Source: Vulcanimicrobiota bacterium (GTDB taxonomy: Bacteria; Vulcanimicrobiota; Vulcanimicrobiia; Vulcanimicrobiales; Vulcanimicrobiaceae). From it: DNA of 64,000 nucleotides. Below the pieces are notes generated by a model. It was not told the origin of the DNA, searched no databases, and worked only from the letters and a program-made list of their open reading frames with translations. Positions 1 to 10,396 of this stretch are shown here, one piece after another. Made by a program: the position numbers and the translations under genes. Where the stretch lies: contig CAWCIZ010000002.1 in assembly GCA_963795855.1 (NCBI GenBank), positions 32,001 to 96,000 of the forward strand, read 5' to 3'. Position 1 is the stretch's first letter. Every line of letters begins with the position of its first letter.

Positions 1-293
1 TTCGGACGTGGGGCGGTCTGGTCGGCATTGGCGGCTATCCGCCGCTCATCGACGGAGGCAGCGTCACGGCGCCGCGTATCGCGATCGGCGGCTTGAGCGG
101 GCACTGGGAGGTCGAGGGACACGGTATTCCTCCCGATGTCGAAGTCTGGCAAGATCCGCGGCTCGTGCGTGACGGGCACGATCCGCAGCTGGAAGCGGCA
201 GTGAACACGGCTATGCGCATGCTGCGCGAACACCCGCTGCCGCATTACACACCGCCGCCCTACCCGAACCATCACGAGAAGGTGCCGCGGTAG
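1..293 (+). CDS. Tricorn-like S41 peptidase, C-terminal part (5' truncated by window)
   Basis: Frame reads RTWGGLVGIGGYPPLIDGGSVTAP...WEVEGHGIPPDVEV...DPQLEAAV, typical of the tricorn/S41 C-terminus. Confidence 0.85.
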   Translation, partial: RTWGGLVGIGGYPPLIDGGSVTAPRIAIGGLSGHWEVEGHGIPPDVEVWQDPRLVRDGHDPQLEAAVNTAMRMLREHPLPHYTPPPYPNHHEKVPR

Positions 294-303
294 CGGCTAA
301 AGT

Positions 304-1047
304 TCAGGGCTTGTAGACGACGACCGGCGTGCCGGGCGCTCGCAGATCCACTGCGGCGAGTTTCTTCCCGCTCGCGCTGACCTGCGAGATGATCGGATCG
401 ATCAGGGGCGTCTTCTTCTGCAAGTCGGCGTCGTCACCGAGCAGCAGCGCGATGCCGCCGCGCGTCGACGCGACGAGATCGCCGAATTTGTCGTATCGCA
501 GCGATTGCACCGCAACGTGGCCGCCAGCAAGCGCGTCGTAATCGTCCGCGAGACGCTCCGCTTGCGCGTCGCGCACGAATTGCCCCGTGCGCGGCATGCT
601 CTTTGCTTTGACGGAGATGAGCGGTAAGTCCGACCCCCCGTCCGCATTTTGCAGTACCCGCAAGTCGCGATCGACGAGCACGTGCTGCGAATGTATTTCG
701 AGCACCGCGAAGGGCCGGCGTTCCGTAATCGCGATCGTGACCGAAGCCGGAAGCGAGCGGTGCACGCGCGCGGTTTTGACGTACGGAATCGCTTCGATTC
801 GTTCGGCTGCGCTGCCGGCGTTCTGCAGCCACACGTTTTCGTGTGGAACGATTTGCGCGCGCGAGAGAATTTCCGTTGCCGGAACCACGCGATTGCCGAC
901 GACCGCAACGCGTCCGGGGTAGAATCCGGGCCATGTAGCGGCCCGGTATGCGCCGGCTGCCGCCGCGGCTATCACGACGACGAACAGCACCCAAAACGGA
1001 CGAAGCCGCGCGCCCGCCGATTTCTTTCTGCGCTTCCCGCCGCTCAT
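304..1047 (-). CDS. ftsQ: Cell division protein FtsQ/DivIB-like (TM + POTRA)
   Basis: Basic N-terminus, one TM helix, POTRA motif IEAIPYVKTARVHRSLPASVTIAITERRP, C-terminal VDLRAPGTPVV. Confidence 0.75.
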   Translation of the reverse strand: MSGGKRRKKSAGARLRPFWVLFVVVIAAAAAGAYRAATWPGFYPGRVAVVGNRVVPATEILSRAQIVPHENVWLQNAGSAAERIEAIPYVKTARVHRSLPASVTIAITERRPFAVLEIHSQHVLVDRDLRVLQNADGGSDLPLISVKAKSMPRTGQFVRDAQAERLADDYDALAGGHVAVQSLRYDKFGDLVASTRGGIALLLGDDADLQKKTPLIDPIISQVSASGKKLAAVDLRAPGTPVVVYKP

Positions 1048-1844
1048 GCCAGCACGAACCGTTCGACGGCTTCGGCGACGCCGTCGTTCTCGACGTCCCC
1101 GACGACCGCGTCGGCCACTTCGCGCAGCTCACGCGGTGCCGAGCCCATCGCGACGCCGAAGCCGGCCGCCTGTAAAAGCGGCGCGTCGTTCCAGGAGTCG
1201 CCGATTGCGAGCACCTCGTTCATCGGAACGCCCAACTGCCGCGCCACGATCTCGAGCGACTTTCCTTTGTTCACCTTGGAGTTCATCACTTCGATGAACC
1301 ACGGAATACTCCGCGTGACGTACGCGCGATCTTTGCAGAGTTCGCGTATTCTCGGCAATTGCTCGACGACGCGCTGCGGTTCGGCGATGATGCACGCCTT
1401 CGTGGCGTCCCAGGTTTCGAACGTGCGGGCGAGCGAGGGAACGACGATGGGTTCGACCCCTGAGATTTTTGCATACAAGTCGGAGTACCGGTTACGCTCC
1501 TCGCAGTAGTAGCGGTCGTTCGCATAGAGCTGAACGTGCAACCCGTTTTCGCGCGCGTAGCATTCCAACTCGAGCGCCTCGGCGTTCGGAAGCGGGACGT
1601 CCTGCAGCACGTCGTCGGTTTGCGGATCGATAACCGCGGCGCCCTGATAGCACACGACCGGCGCGGTGAATTGCAACTGCCGCACGAACGGCAACGCGGC
1701 GCGGTACATGCGGCCCGTCACGATGCAGCCTTGAACGCCGCGCTCGCGCATGCGCTCGATGGCGGACAGCACGCGCGGCCGAAGGAGCAGCTCTTCGCCG
1801 AGCAGCGTCCCATCCAGGTCGAATGCGACGAGCCTATACGGCAT
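1044..1844 (-). CDS. Cof-type HAD-IIB hydrolase
   Basis: AFDLDGTLL, TGR, VNKGKSL, AIGDSWNDAPLL motifs; start taken at MPYRLV. Confidence 0.9.
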   Translation of the reverse strand: MPYRLVAFDLDGTLLGEELLLRPRVLSAIERMRERGVQGCIVTGRMYRAALPFVRQLQFTAPVVCYQGAAVIDPQTDDVLQDVPLPNAEALELECYARENGLHVQLYANDRYYCEERNRYSDLYAKISGVEPIVVPSLARTFETWDATKACIIAEPQRVVEQLPRIRELCKDRAYVTRSIPWFIEVMNSKVNKGKSLEIVARQLGVPMNEVLAIGDSWNDAPLLQAAGFGVAMGSAPRELREVADAVVGDVENDGVAEAVERFVLA

Positions 1845-3129
1845 TTCGACGAATGGCGGCGCTCCGCGCATGCTGGGGCAAGCCTTCGAATTCCGCGAGT
1901 GCGGAGAGGATCGCCGCATCGGCGGTCATGCGCGCCTCGCTGTTTTCGACGACGCTGAAACTGCGCACGAAGTCGTGCGTGCTCAGCCCGGACGAAAATC
2001 GGGCAGCGCCCGACGTCGGCAGCACGTGGTTCGTCCCGGCAATATAGTCGCCGCTTGCGACCGGCGTGTTGGCTCCAATGAAAACTGCTCCCGCGCGCCG
2101 GATGTGCGGAAGGTACGTTTGCGGATCCTGAACTTGCAGCGAAAGGTGCTCCGGGCAAAATCGCTCCACCGCTTGATACACGTGTTTGCGTTTTCGCGCG
2201 TGCACCAAGTACGCGTTTCGTTCGAACACGGCCGCTATGATCTCACCGCGCGGTAGCGCGGCTGCGTCGATTGTTTCCAGCGCCCGAGCGCAGCCTTCGA
2301 GCACCTCGTACGATTCCGAAACGACTGCGACTCTGGCCAGCGGATCGTGCTCGGCTTGCGCGAGCATTTCCGCGACGACGAAATCCACATTCGCCGTTTC
2401 GTCGGCGACCACGAGCACCTCCGACGGTCCCGCAAGCCCGTCTATGGCGCAAGCTCCGAACACTTGACGTTTCGCCTCGGTCACCCACACGTTGCCGGGA
2501 CCGACGATTTTGTCGACGCGGGTGATGGACTCGGTTCCGAACGCCGCCGCGGCGACGGCTTGCGCCCCGCCCACCGCATACAACTCGTCGACGTCGCAGA
2601 GCCAGCATGCGAAGATAACTGCCGGAGCGATTTTGCCGTCTCGCTGCGGCGGCGTAAGCACGATCGTGCGCGACACGCCGGCGATCTTCGCCGGGACGAC
2701 GTTCATGATCACCGACGACGGCAACGCCGCCGTTCCGCCGGGAACGTACGCCGCTACGGAATTCAACGGCCGATACCGCAACGCATACTGCGTGCCGTCC
2801 TCGTCGACGTATTCCACGTCGTCGCGCAACTGCCGGCGATGAAACGCCTCGACGCGTTCGCGCGCAAGCGCCAAGCCTTCGACGATTTCGTGCGGGACCA
2901 GGCCGCGCGCATGCTCGTACATTGGGATGGGCACCCGCAGCTTGCTGATGTCGTACGCAGGGTCGTCGAAGCGGCGCGTGTATTCCACGAGCGCCGCATC
3001 GCCGCGCTTTCGGACTGCCGCAACAATCTCCGCGACGCCGGACGTCACCTGAGCGGGCGGTTCCCAACCGCCTCGGTACAATCCGGCGAGTGCGCGGCGA
3101 TCGGATGCTTCGACGATCGAGAGCTTCAC
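1834..3129 (-). CDS. hisD: Histidinol dehydrogenase
   Basis: YVPGG, VGGAQAVAA, KIVGPGN, AGPSEV, QAEHD, GDYIAGTNHVLPT; GTG start overlaps hisG stop (GTGA). Confidence 0.95.
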   Translation of the reverse strand: MKLSIVEASDRRALAGLYRGGWEPPAQVTSGVAEIVAAVRKRGDAALVEYTRRFDDPAYDISKLRVPIPMYEHARGLVPHEIVEGLALARERVEAFHRRQLRDDVEYVDEDGTQYALRYRPLNSVAAYVPGGTAALPSSVIMNVVPAKIAGVSRTIVLTPPQRDGKIAPAVIFACWLCDVDELYAVGGAQAVAAAAFGTESITRVDKIVGPGNVWVTEAKRQVFGACAIDGLAGPSEVLVVADETANVDFVVAEMLAQAEHDPLARVAVVSESYEVLEGCARALETIDAAALPRGEIIAAVFERNAYLVHARKRKHVYQAVERFCPEHLSLQVQDPQTYLPHIRRAGAVFIGANTPVASGDYIAGTNHVLPTSGAARFSSGLSTHDFVRSFSVVENSEARMTADAAILSALAEFEGLPQHARSAAIRRNAV

Positions 3130-3761
3130 GCGCCGTTCGTTCCCATGCGGTCGATCAAGTCGCGCAGTTGCGCGTACTTGGCTCGAAATCGTACCGGATT
3201 GACGACCAAACGCGCGCTCGAGGGCGCGATGTCGTCGACGACGACCATGTCGTGCTCGCGCAGCGTCTTTCCCGTTGCGACGAGATCGACGATAACGTCC
3301 GAAAGCCCGACCAGCGGGCTGAGCTCGACCGATCCGTGCAGAGCGATGATCTCGCAGGGCAGATCGCGCTCCGCGAAATAGGCCTGCGCCGAGCGTTTGA
3401 ACTTTGTAGCCACACGCAAAAACGTCGGATACCGCGCGCCGGCGTGATAGTTGTCGATGCGTCGAGCGGCTACGACGAGACGGCACGCGCCATATTCCAA
3501 ATCCGCGACCTCGCTCACCGATCGATCCGTCTCCCAAAGCACGTCTTTGCCGACGATGCCGCAGTCCGCCGCGCCGAACTCCACGTAGGCCGGGACGTCG
3601 GTCGGACGCAGCAGGAGCAGTTCGGCTTTTCCGTCGTTGCTGGTAAGGGTGAGACGCCGTCCGCTGCGCGCGGGAACGTCGATTCCCGCCGCCCGAAGTC
3701 TGGCCGCCGTCTCCTCATACAGCGCGCCTTTGGGCACGGCGATGACGAGCCGCTCACTCAT
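3126..3761 (-). CDS. hisG: ATP phosphoribosyltransferase, short form
   Basis: IAVPKG, RPTDVPAYVEFGAADCGIVGKD, VATKF, GSVELSPLVGLSDVIVDLVATGKTL. Confidence 0.95.
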   Translation of the reverse strand: MSERLVIAVPKGALYEETAARLRAAGIDVPARSGRRLTLTSNDGKAELLLLRPTDVPAYVEFGAADCGIVGKDVLWETDRSVSEVADLEYGACRLVVAARRIDNYHAGARYPTFLRVATKFKRSAQAYFAERDLPCEIIALHGSVELSPLVGLSDVIVDLVATGKTLREHDMVVVDDIAPSSARLVVNPVRFRAKYAQLRDLIDRMGTNGA

Positions 3762-4908
3762 CCGCATCCTCGTCGACGGCGACTTCTTCGACGCCGGCTT
3801 CACCGGCGATGATGACCCGCGGTATGCGTTTGTGCCGCGCGTAGGCGAGCAACTCGTCGCGGTCGCAATTGCGCACGTCGGCGCGCACGCGCAGGCCGTT
3901 TCTGCGCTCGCGCGCCGCGATCTCGTCGGACCCGCTCACCAGCACGTCGACTTCATTGCGCGGGCGTTCGTCCTCACGCCTTCGCTCGAGTGCGAGCAGA
4001 ATACGCTCCACGCCGACCATCCAGCCGACGGCGGGCACGTCGTAGCCGAAACGCGGCAGCAGCGAATCGTAACGCCCTCCGCCGCAGAGCGAGAAACCCA
4101 GATCCGTGATGTATCCCTCGAACACGAATCCGGTGTAATACTCCAAATCGCGCAGCAGCGCGAAATCGACGTTGATGCGGTCCCCGTAGCCCAGCGCCGA
4201 TGCGCGTTTTAGGATGCAATCCAGGCGCCGCAACGCGGCGATCGATTCGGGAGTTTTGCACATGGAGCGCATCGCGTCCAGCATCTCGCCGCGGCCGCGC
4301 GTCATCGTCAAACGGCGAATGGTATCGTCTTCGATCGCTACGACGTTCCGGTCGGCGATCAGTTTCTTGTAGCGGCGCAGTTCGTCGCCTTCGTGTCCCG
4401 AACACTGTAAAATGCCGTCGACGATGGCGGCGTCGTTGACGTCGAAGCGCGCATCGGTGAGCCCGACGGCGTCGAGCGTTTCGATGGCCATGAAGAGCAC
4501 TTCTGCTTCGGCGTCGACGCCGGGTCCGCCGATGAGTTCCGCGCCGGCTTGCGTGAACTCTCGCATGCGCCCGAGTTGCGGCTCTTCATAGCGGTAGCCG
4601 GTCGCGATGTACGAGAGACGCAGCGGCAGCGTCGCATTGCGCAGACGCGCGGAAACGACGCGCGCTATCGGCGTGGTCATTTCCGTGCGAAGCGCGAGTT
4701 GCGAACCGAGGGGATCCGTGAAACGAAACGTCTGCTGCATCAGCTTCTCGCCCAGTCCGCGTTCGAGCGACTCGTAACTCTCGAACGTCGGCGTGAGCAT
4801 CTCCGCATACGACCACGTGCGAAACACGCGGCGAATGCTTTCTTCGATCTCGCGTTTGTACGCGAACTCTTGCGGGAGCCAATCTCGCACGCCCGCAGGC
4901 AGCCTCAA
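3754..4908 (-). CDS. hisZ: ATP phosphoribosyltransferase regulatory subunit
   Basis: LPAGVRD, LRTEMTTPIAR, REFTQAGAELIG, YYTGFVF, GGGRYDSL; next to short hisG; TTG start overlaps dnaE stop. Confidence 0.9.
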   Translation of the reverse strand: MRLPAGVRDWLPQEFAYKREIEESIRRVFRTWSYAEMLTPTFESYESLERGLGEKLMQQTFRFTDPLGSQLALRTEMTTPIARVVSARLRNATLPLRLSYIATGYRYEEPQLGRMREFTQAGAELIGGPGVDAEAEVLFMAIETLDAVGLTDARFDVNDAAIVDGILQCSGHEGDELRRYKKLIADRNVVAIEDDTIRRLTMTRGRGEMLDAMRSMCKTPESIAALRRLDCILKRASALGYGDRINVDFALLRDLEYYTGFVFEGYITDLGFSLCGGGRYDSLLPRFGYDVPAVGWMVGVERILLALERRREDERPRNEVDVLVSGSDEIAARERRNGLRVRADVRNCDRDELLAYARHKRIPRVIIAGEAGVEEVAVDEDADE

Positions 4909-7900
4909 TCCGGAAATCCCTCCGAGACGTTGTCCGAGCCGAACACGCGAACCAGTTCGGAGCGCACGCGCCGATCCGGCGCAATCCCGCGAGATAAACG
5001 CTGCGTACGCCGGCCGATGCGCGCCATGACGGGTACCGTGCCCGGCCATTCGTCCAGGATCGCCGCAAGCCGATCAACCTGCTCGCGGTTGGAGACGACG
5101 ACATGCCACCCCGCCGGCGCGGCGGTATATGCCGGACGTTCGAACGGCAGCACTTCGTTTGCGCTTACGGAAAGGTCGACGGGCGGGTCTTCACCCGTCG
5201 CCCCCCGCCGCTCGCGCATGCGCAGCCGGCCTTTCACGATCAGAATGCGATCTTGCTCGAAGAGCGCGCTGACTTGCGGATAGAGCTTGGCGAACACGAC
5301 GACTTCCACGGCGCCGCTCGTGTCCTCGAGCTGTGCGATCAGGATCTGCTGGCCCGCCTTGGTGAGGGTGCGTCGAACGGAAATAACCATTCCCGCGACG
5401 ACGACGAAACTGTCATCCTCTCGGCCGCGCAAGTCTTTCACGGCGATCGCGCCCGTCCGCGCCAAAGCATCTGCGACGTCCGCCAAGGGGTGGCCGGAAA
5501 CGAAAATACCGAGTGTTTCCTTTTCCCACTGCAGCGTTTGCATGGTATTCGGCGGCGGAACGAGCGGAAGCGTTGGGCTCAGTGCCGCGGCCACGGCAGG
5601 CGCGTCGCCGAAGAGCGAGACCTGCCCGAGTTCCGCGTCTCGCGATTCGGCGGCCGCGATGTCGAGCGCCGTGTCGAGCGCGGCGATCTTTTGCGCGCGG
5701 TTGCCGGGCAGACAATCGAGTGCGCCGCATTTGATGAGCGCTTCGAATACGCGGCGGTTCACCTGCTTGTCGTCCACGCGCTTGGCGAGATCGAACAAAT
5801 CCTCGAAAGGACCGCCGGTCTCCCGCGCCTCGAGAATGATTTGCACCGCACCCTCGCCTATGCCCTTGACCGCGGAAAGGCCGAAGCGAATCTTGTCCCC
5901 GACGACCGCGAAATCGGTCCGCGACTGATTCACGTCGGGCGGCAGCACGGAAATGCCCAGCTTCTTCGCCTCGTCGATGTACTCGACGAGTTTATCGGTC
6001 TTGTCTTTCACGGACGACATCAGCGCGCTAAAGTACGGCAACGGATGGTTCGCCTTGAGATACGCGGTTTGGTACGCAACCCACCCGTATGCGGCGGCAT
6101 GGGACTTATTGAATCCGTAACCGGCGAACGGCTCGATGAACTCGAAGATCTTTTGGGCGAGGTCTTCGTCGATGTCCGAATGCTCTTTGCAGCCGTCGAT
6201 GAATTTTTGGCGGTAGACGGGAATTTTTTCCTTTTGCTTCTTGCCCATGACCTTGCGCAGTTCGTCCGCTTCTCCCATGGTGAACCCGGCAAGATCGCGC
6301 GCCATTCGCATGACGCTCTCCTGGTAACAGGCGATGCCGTAGGTTTCTCCGAGAATCGGTTCGAGCTTCGGATGCAAGTACTTGGGCTTCTGCCGCCCGT
6401 GCTTGACCGCGATGTACTCCGGAATCCACTCCATCGGGCCAGGCCGATAGAGCGCGACCAGCGCGATGATATCGTTGAAGTCGGACGGCCGCAGCTCCGT
6501 ACAAACGCGTACCATGCCGTCGGATTCGAGTTGGAAGACGCCCATCGTCTCGCCGCGGGACAGCATGTCGTAGGTGCGCCGATCGTCGTCCGAGATCTTC
6601 GCGATGTCGAAACTCGGATCGGTCGTGCGCCGGATCTCGTCGACCGCGTTCTTCATGACCGTCAGGTTGCGCAGCCCAAGGAAGTCCATCTTGAGCAAAC
6701 CGATCTTTTCGGCCCACACCATGTCGTACTGCGTATTCACGCCGGTGTCGCTCGTTGCGAGAGGAGCGTACTCGACCAGCGGGCCCGGCGAAATGACCAC
6801 GCCCGCCGCATGCGTGCCGGCGTTGCGCGCAAGCCCTTCGATCGCTTTTGCGGTGTCGAGCAGCCGGCGGATTTCCGGGGACATCGCGTACAAACTCTTG
6901 AGTTCCGGGATTTGCTCGATCGCTTGCGCTATCGACATCCCCCCGGGGCCGGAGGGGATCATCTTGGCGACACGGTCGACGTCGGGCAGCGGTACCGCCA
7001 AGGCGCGTCCCGCGTCGCGAACGGCCGCGCGCGCAGCCATCGTACCGAACGTGACGATCTGCGCGACGCGGTCCTCACCGTATTTTTCGGTGACGTATTT
7101 GATGACGTCGTCTCGGCGCTCGACGCAGAAGTCCGTGTCGATATCCGGCATCGAAATGCGATCGGGGTTCAAAAACCGCTCGAAAATCAAGTTGTACTTG
7201 AGCGGATCGAGATCCGTAATCTTCAAGCAGTACGCTACCACGGAACCTACTGCGGAACCGCGCCCCGGCCCGACCGGTATATCGTGATCCTTCGCATACT
7301 TGATGAAGTCCCAGACAATCAGGAAGTACGAGGCGAAGCCCATCTTCAAGATGACGTCCAGCTCGTATTCGAACCGCTCGCGCAGCGCGGCGTCGCCGGC
7401 GGCGCGCTCCTCGCCGTAGCGATCTCTCAGGCCCTGCTCGCATATCGCGCGCAAGTATTCTTCAGGGCTGGTCTCGCCGCCGCGATCTTCTTGCGGCACC
7501 GGAAACGCCGGCAGATGGTAGATCTTCTCGGGAATGCGAATGTCGACTCGCTTGGCAATTTCCAAGGTATTGTCGCACGCTTCCGGCAGATCGGCCCACA
7601 GCTCGCGCATTTCGGCATCGCTCTTGACGTAGAATTGATCCGAATAAAATTTCATCCGGCTCGTATCCGAGACCGTCTTGCCCGTGCCGATACACAGCAG
7701 CACGTCGTGCGCCGGCGCATCGTTCTGCTTGAGGTAGTGCGAGTCGTTCGTAGCAACCAGCGGAACGTTCAGGTCCCGGGCGACGCGCACGAGCCCCTGA
7801 TTGATGACCTCCTCTTCGGGCATCCCGTGACGCATGACTTCGATGTAAAAGCGGTCGCCGAAAATGTCCACGAACGTCTGGGCGGCGGCCTTCGACTTCT

Positions 7901-8348
7901 CGTATTCGTTTTTCAGCAGCGGCGCAGCGACCATGCCGGACATGCACCCGGAAAGGACGATGAGCCCGCGGTTGTGCTTTTCGAGCAGATCCAGGTCGAT
8001 GCGCGGCTTGTAATAATAGCCCTCGAGGAAGCCCTTGGAGATCAGCGCGGTTAAGTTTCTGTAACCCTCGACGTCGGCCGCCAACAGCGTAACGTGCGCT
8101 TCTTCGCGCACGCTCCGGTCGAAACGCCCGCGCGGAGCGATGTAGGCCTCGCAGCCGATGATCGGGGTGAGTTTGAAATCGCGCGCGGTGTAGTAAAACT
8201 CCATGGCGCCGTACATCACGCCGTGGTCGGTCAGGGCGACCGCCGGGCTGCCGTCGCCCGCGGAGCGTTCGCAGAGCGATTCTACGCGGCAAGCTCCGTC
8301 CAGGAGCGAGTACTCACTATGGACATGAAGATGAACGAACTGGCTCAC
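4905..8348 (-). CDS. dnaE: DNA polymerase III alpha subunit
   Basis: FVHLHVHSEYSLLDG, GPGRGSAVGS, MPDIDTDF, KMDFLGL, YGFNKSH; 1147 aa, no intein seen. Confidence 0.98.
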   Translation of the reverse strand: MSQFVHLHVHSEYSLLDGACRVESLCERSAGDGSPAVALTDHGVMYGAMEFYYTARDFKLTPIIGCEAYIAPRGRFDRSVREEAHVTLLAADVEGYRNLTALISKGFLEGYYYKPRIDLDLLEKHNRGLIVLSGCMSGMVAAPLLKNEYEKSKAAAQTFVDIFGDRFYIEVMRHGMPEEEVINQGLVRVARDLNVPLVATNDSHYLKQNDAPAHDVLLCIGTGKTVSDTSRMKFYSDQFYVKSDAEMRELWADLPEACDNTLEIAKRVDIRIPEKIYHLPAFPVPQEDRGGETSPEEYLRAICEQGLRDRYGEERAAGDAALRERFEYELDVILKMGFASYFLIVWDFIKYAKDHDIPVGPGRGSAVGSVVAYCLKITDLDPLKYNLIFERFLNPDRISMPDIDTDFCVERRDDVIKYVTEKYGEDRVAQIVTFGTMAARAAVRDAGRALAVPLPDVDRVAKMIPSGPGGMSIAQAIEQIPELKSLYAMSPEIRRLLDTAKAIEGLARNAGTHAAGVVISPGPLVEYAPLATSDTGVNTQYDMVWAEKIGLLKMDFLGLRNLTVMKNAVDEIRRTTDPSFDIAKISDDDRRTYDMLSRGETMGVFQLESDGMVRVCTELRPSDFNDIIALVALYRPGPMEWIPEYIAVKHGRQKPKYLHPKLEPILGETYGIACYQESVMRMARDLAGFTMGEADELRKVMGKKQKEKIPVYRQKFIDGCKEHSDIDEDLAQKIFEFIEPFAGYGFNKSHAAAYGWVAYQTAYLKANHPLPYFSALMSSVKDKTDKLVEYIDEAKKLGISVLPPDVNQSRTDFAVVGDKIRFGLSAVKGIGEGAVQIILEARETGGPFEDLFDLAKRVDDKQVNRRVFEALIKCGALDCLPGNRAQKIAALDTALDIAAAESRDAELGQVSLFGDAPAVAAALSPTLPLVPPPNTMQTLQWEKETLGIFVSGHPLADVADALARTGAIAVKDLRGREDDSFVVVAGMVISVRRTLTKAGQQILIAQLEDTSGAVEVVVFAKLYPQVSALFEQDRILIVKGRLRMRERRGATGEDPPVDLSVSANEVLPFERPAYTAAPAGWHVVVSNREQVDRLAAILDEWPGTVPVMARIGRRTQRLSRGIAPDRRVRSELVRVFGSDNVSEGFPD

Positions 8349-8420
8349 CGGACGGCTGTGGATCCTCTGCTGCTTCGAGTAATGCTAAAGAAACGAACGA
8401 CCTAAGACGTTACAGTAATC

Positions 8421-9584
8421 GTGGGCCCTAACCTGTCCGCGGCAGGCGCCCAGCCTGTCCCAGACGCCCCGGAAACGGCCGAACTCCTCGCGGAGATCGA
8501 GCGCCTGCGCTCGCGCATTGTCATGCTCGAAGCGGAACGGGACGAGTTGGCGCAACAGAACGCCGAGCTCTTCGTACTGCAGCAAGTCTTCTCCACGATA
8601 AATTCCACGCTGGACATCAACGACATTCTCTCGATGGTCCTGCGCGGGGTTACCGAGGCGCTGAAATTCAATCGCGTCATCCTGTTCGAGATCGACGAGC
8701 ACGGTGACGTCGTCCGTCGTCTGGAAGGAGACGCAACCGGCGCGGTGCTGCACGCCGCCGATGCGTACGACTACTTGCCGAACTCGACGCTGCAAGACGT
8801 GGCGCGCGGCGTGCTGCAAGTAGCATTCGGGCACGAATCGGATCCCGATCGCCCGCTTTCGGACACACAGGGATCGTACTGCATCGCCCCACTGGTCGCG
8901 CGGGACGTCGTGCGTGGAATGCTGTACGTCGATCGCTCGCCCAGCGATACGATCACGGAGCAGCAACTGCGCGTGCTGCTCGACTTCGCTGCGCAAGCGG
9001 CAATCGCCGTCGAAAACGCGCGGCTGTACGAAGAGACGCGCCGGCTATTGGAAGAAACGCAGCGTTTGGCACTGACGGACACGCTTACGGGCATCCCGAA
9101 CCGCCGGGCGCTCGACGAGATGCTGGACCGCGAATTGCACACGTCCGATCGGTACGACACGCCCTTTGCCTTCATGATCTTGGATCTCGACGACCTCAAG
9201 AAAATCAACGACTCCGGCGGACACAGCTTGGGAGATTTGGCGCTCAAGCGTTTTGCCAACGTGTTGCGCAGGACGGCGCGTAAGGGCGACATCGTGGCGC
9301 GCTATGCCGGCGACGAATTCGTCGTCGTCATGACGAAGACCGATCGCGACGCGGCGCAGCGCGGCGTCGAACGCGTGCAGGCCGCACTCCGGCGTAACGG
9401 GCTGCAGAGCTCCATCGGCGTTTCGATGTTTCCCCTCGACGGGACTGAAGGCCAGACCCTATTCTTTGCCGCCGACGAAGCGCTGTATCACGCCAAACAA
9501 GGCGGCAAGGACACGTACCGGTTCTTCGACCGCAAAGCCAGCCTGGCCGCGGCCTCGGCGAAAGCGGCTGCGCAAGCGGATTAG
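8421..9584 (+). CDS. GAF-domain diguanylate cyclase
   Basis: Coiled coil + GAF (QAAIAVENARLY), then TDTLTGIPNRR, DLDDLKKIND, RYAGDEF active-site variant. Confidence 0.9.
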   Translation: MGPNLSAAGAQPVPDAPETAELLAEIERLRSRIVMLEAERDELAQQNAELFVLQQVFSTINSTLDINDILSMVLRGVTEALKFNRVILFEIDEHGDVVRRLEGDATGAVLHAADAYDYLPNSTLQDVARGVLQVAFGHESDPDRPLSDTQGSYCIAPLVARDVVRGMLYVDRSPSDTITEQQLRVLLDFAAQAAIAVENARLYEETRRLLEETQRLALTDTLTGIPNRRALDEMLDRELHTSDRYDTPFAFMILDLDDLKKINDSGGHSLGDLALKRFANVLRRTARKGDIVARYAGDEFVVVMTKTDRDAAQRGVERVQAALRRNGLQSSIGVSMFPLDGTEGQTLFFAADEALYHAKQGGKDTYRFFDRKASLAAASAKAAAQAD

Positions 9585-9673
9585 CCCGTTCGGCCCTCTA
9601 CAACGAAAGCGCCCGCACGCTACAGTAATAATCGGCGCCAGTATGCTTCCGGCGCCTCGAGGCGTTGTATTTT

Positions 9674-9883
9674 ATGCATCGGACTGCGGCTACTCGTATC
9701 AAGCGGCTGGCGAACGCATTGGGCGCCGTCTCCGCGCCGCTCGGACGCCTGATTGATTTTGCAGCCGACGCGGAATGCTCCGGCAACGACCGCGGCTTTA
9801 TCGAAGTGGAGGGCGTTGCCGCCCTCGTCCGTCCACACGCTCACTCCCTGGGCAGTCCCACCTCCACCTTAGCGAGCAAGTAA
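9674..9883 (+). CDS. Small hypothetical protein
   Basis: ORF fills intergenic space; no recognised motif. Confidence 0.3.
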   Translation: MHRTAATRIKRLANALGAVSAPLGRLIDFAADAECSGNDRGFIEVEGVAALVRPHAHSLGSPTSTLASK

Positions 9884-10021
9884 GCGCCCGTAAAGTTTCT
9901 CGAAAGATCGCTTGCCGTGGGTGCAACTGCCCATGACGATGCGCTGGCCGCTTGCTAGGATATGCATGAAAACAGCGACCGTTTATACGTCGCTTCACTT
10001 GTATGTTCGCAGGAAAGAGCC

Positions 10022-10396
10022 GTGGACGATAAACGACGGGCCGTCTATACACGATTGGTGCAAGCCTCACTGCTGATCGACGAGGCTGCCAGCCAGTCAA
10101 ACCGGGCGGCTACACTTGCGGCGAACGCCAAAGATCCGATCGCCCGAATCGCCGAAGGCGTCGCGGAACTTCGCGATTTGGCCGGCTCGCTCGAAGAGAT
10201 CAGCCGGACCGCCGGTCTGCTGGACGCAAGCACGTCGGAGCGGCTCGGCACCGCTTCACGCGCGGCCGGTCGGTTGGCGTGCGCGCTGCTCAGCGAAACC
10301 ACGCGCGCGCGGGCCGGACTCGATACGATGCACACTTCCGTTCAACGCTCTTCCGAATGCACGCAGAAAGCTTCGACGCTCATCAAAGTAGCGTGA
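10022..10396 (+). CDS. Hypothetical alpha-helical protein (MCP-hairpin-like composition)
   Basis: AGGAAAG before GTG; Ala/Ser/Glu-rich heptad pattern; coupled to next ORF by GTGA. Confidence 0.55.
   Translation: MDDKRRAVYTRLVQASLLIDEAASQSNRAATLAANAKDPIARIAEGVAELRDLAGSLEEISRTAGLLDASTSERLGTASRAAGRLACALLSETTRARAGLDTMHTSVQRSSECTQKASTLIKVA

Noticed and set aside
4905..8348. Intein in DnaE; 983-aa antisense ORF
   Set aside because: DnaE length is normal with continuous motifs; long antisense ORFs are expected at high GC.
9585..9960. c-di-GMP riboswitch next to the diguanylate cyclase
   Set aside because: No class I or II consensus recognisable.
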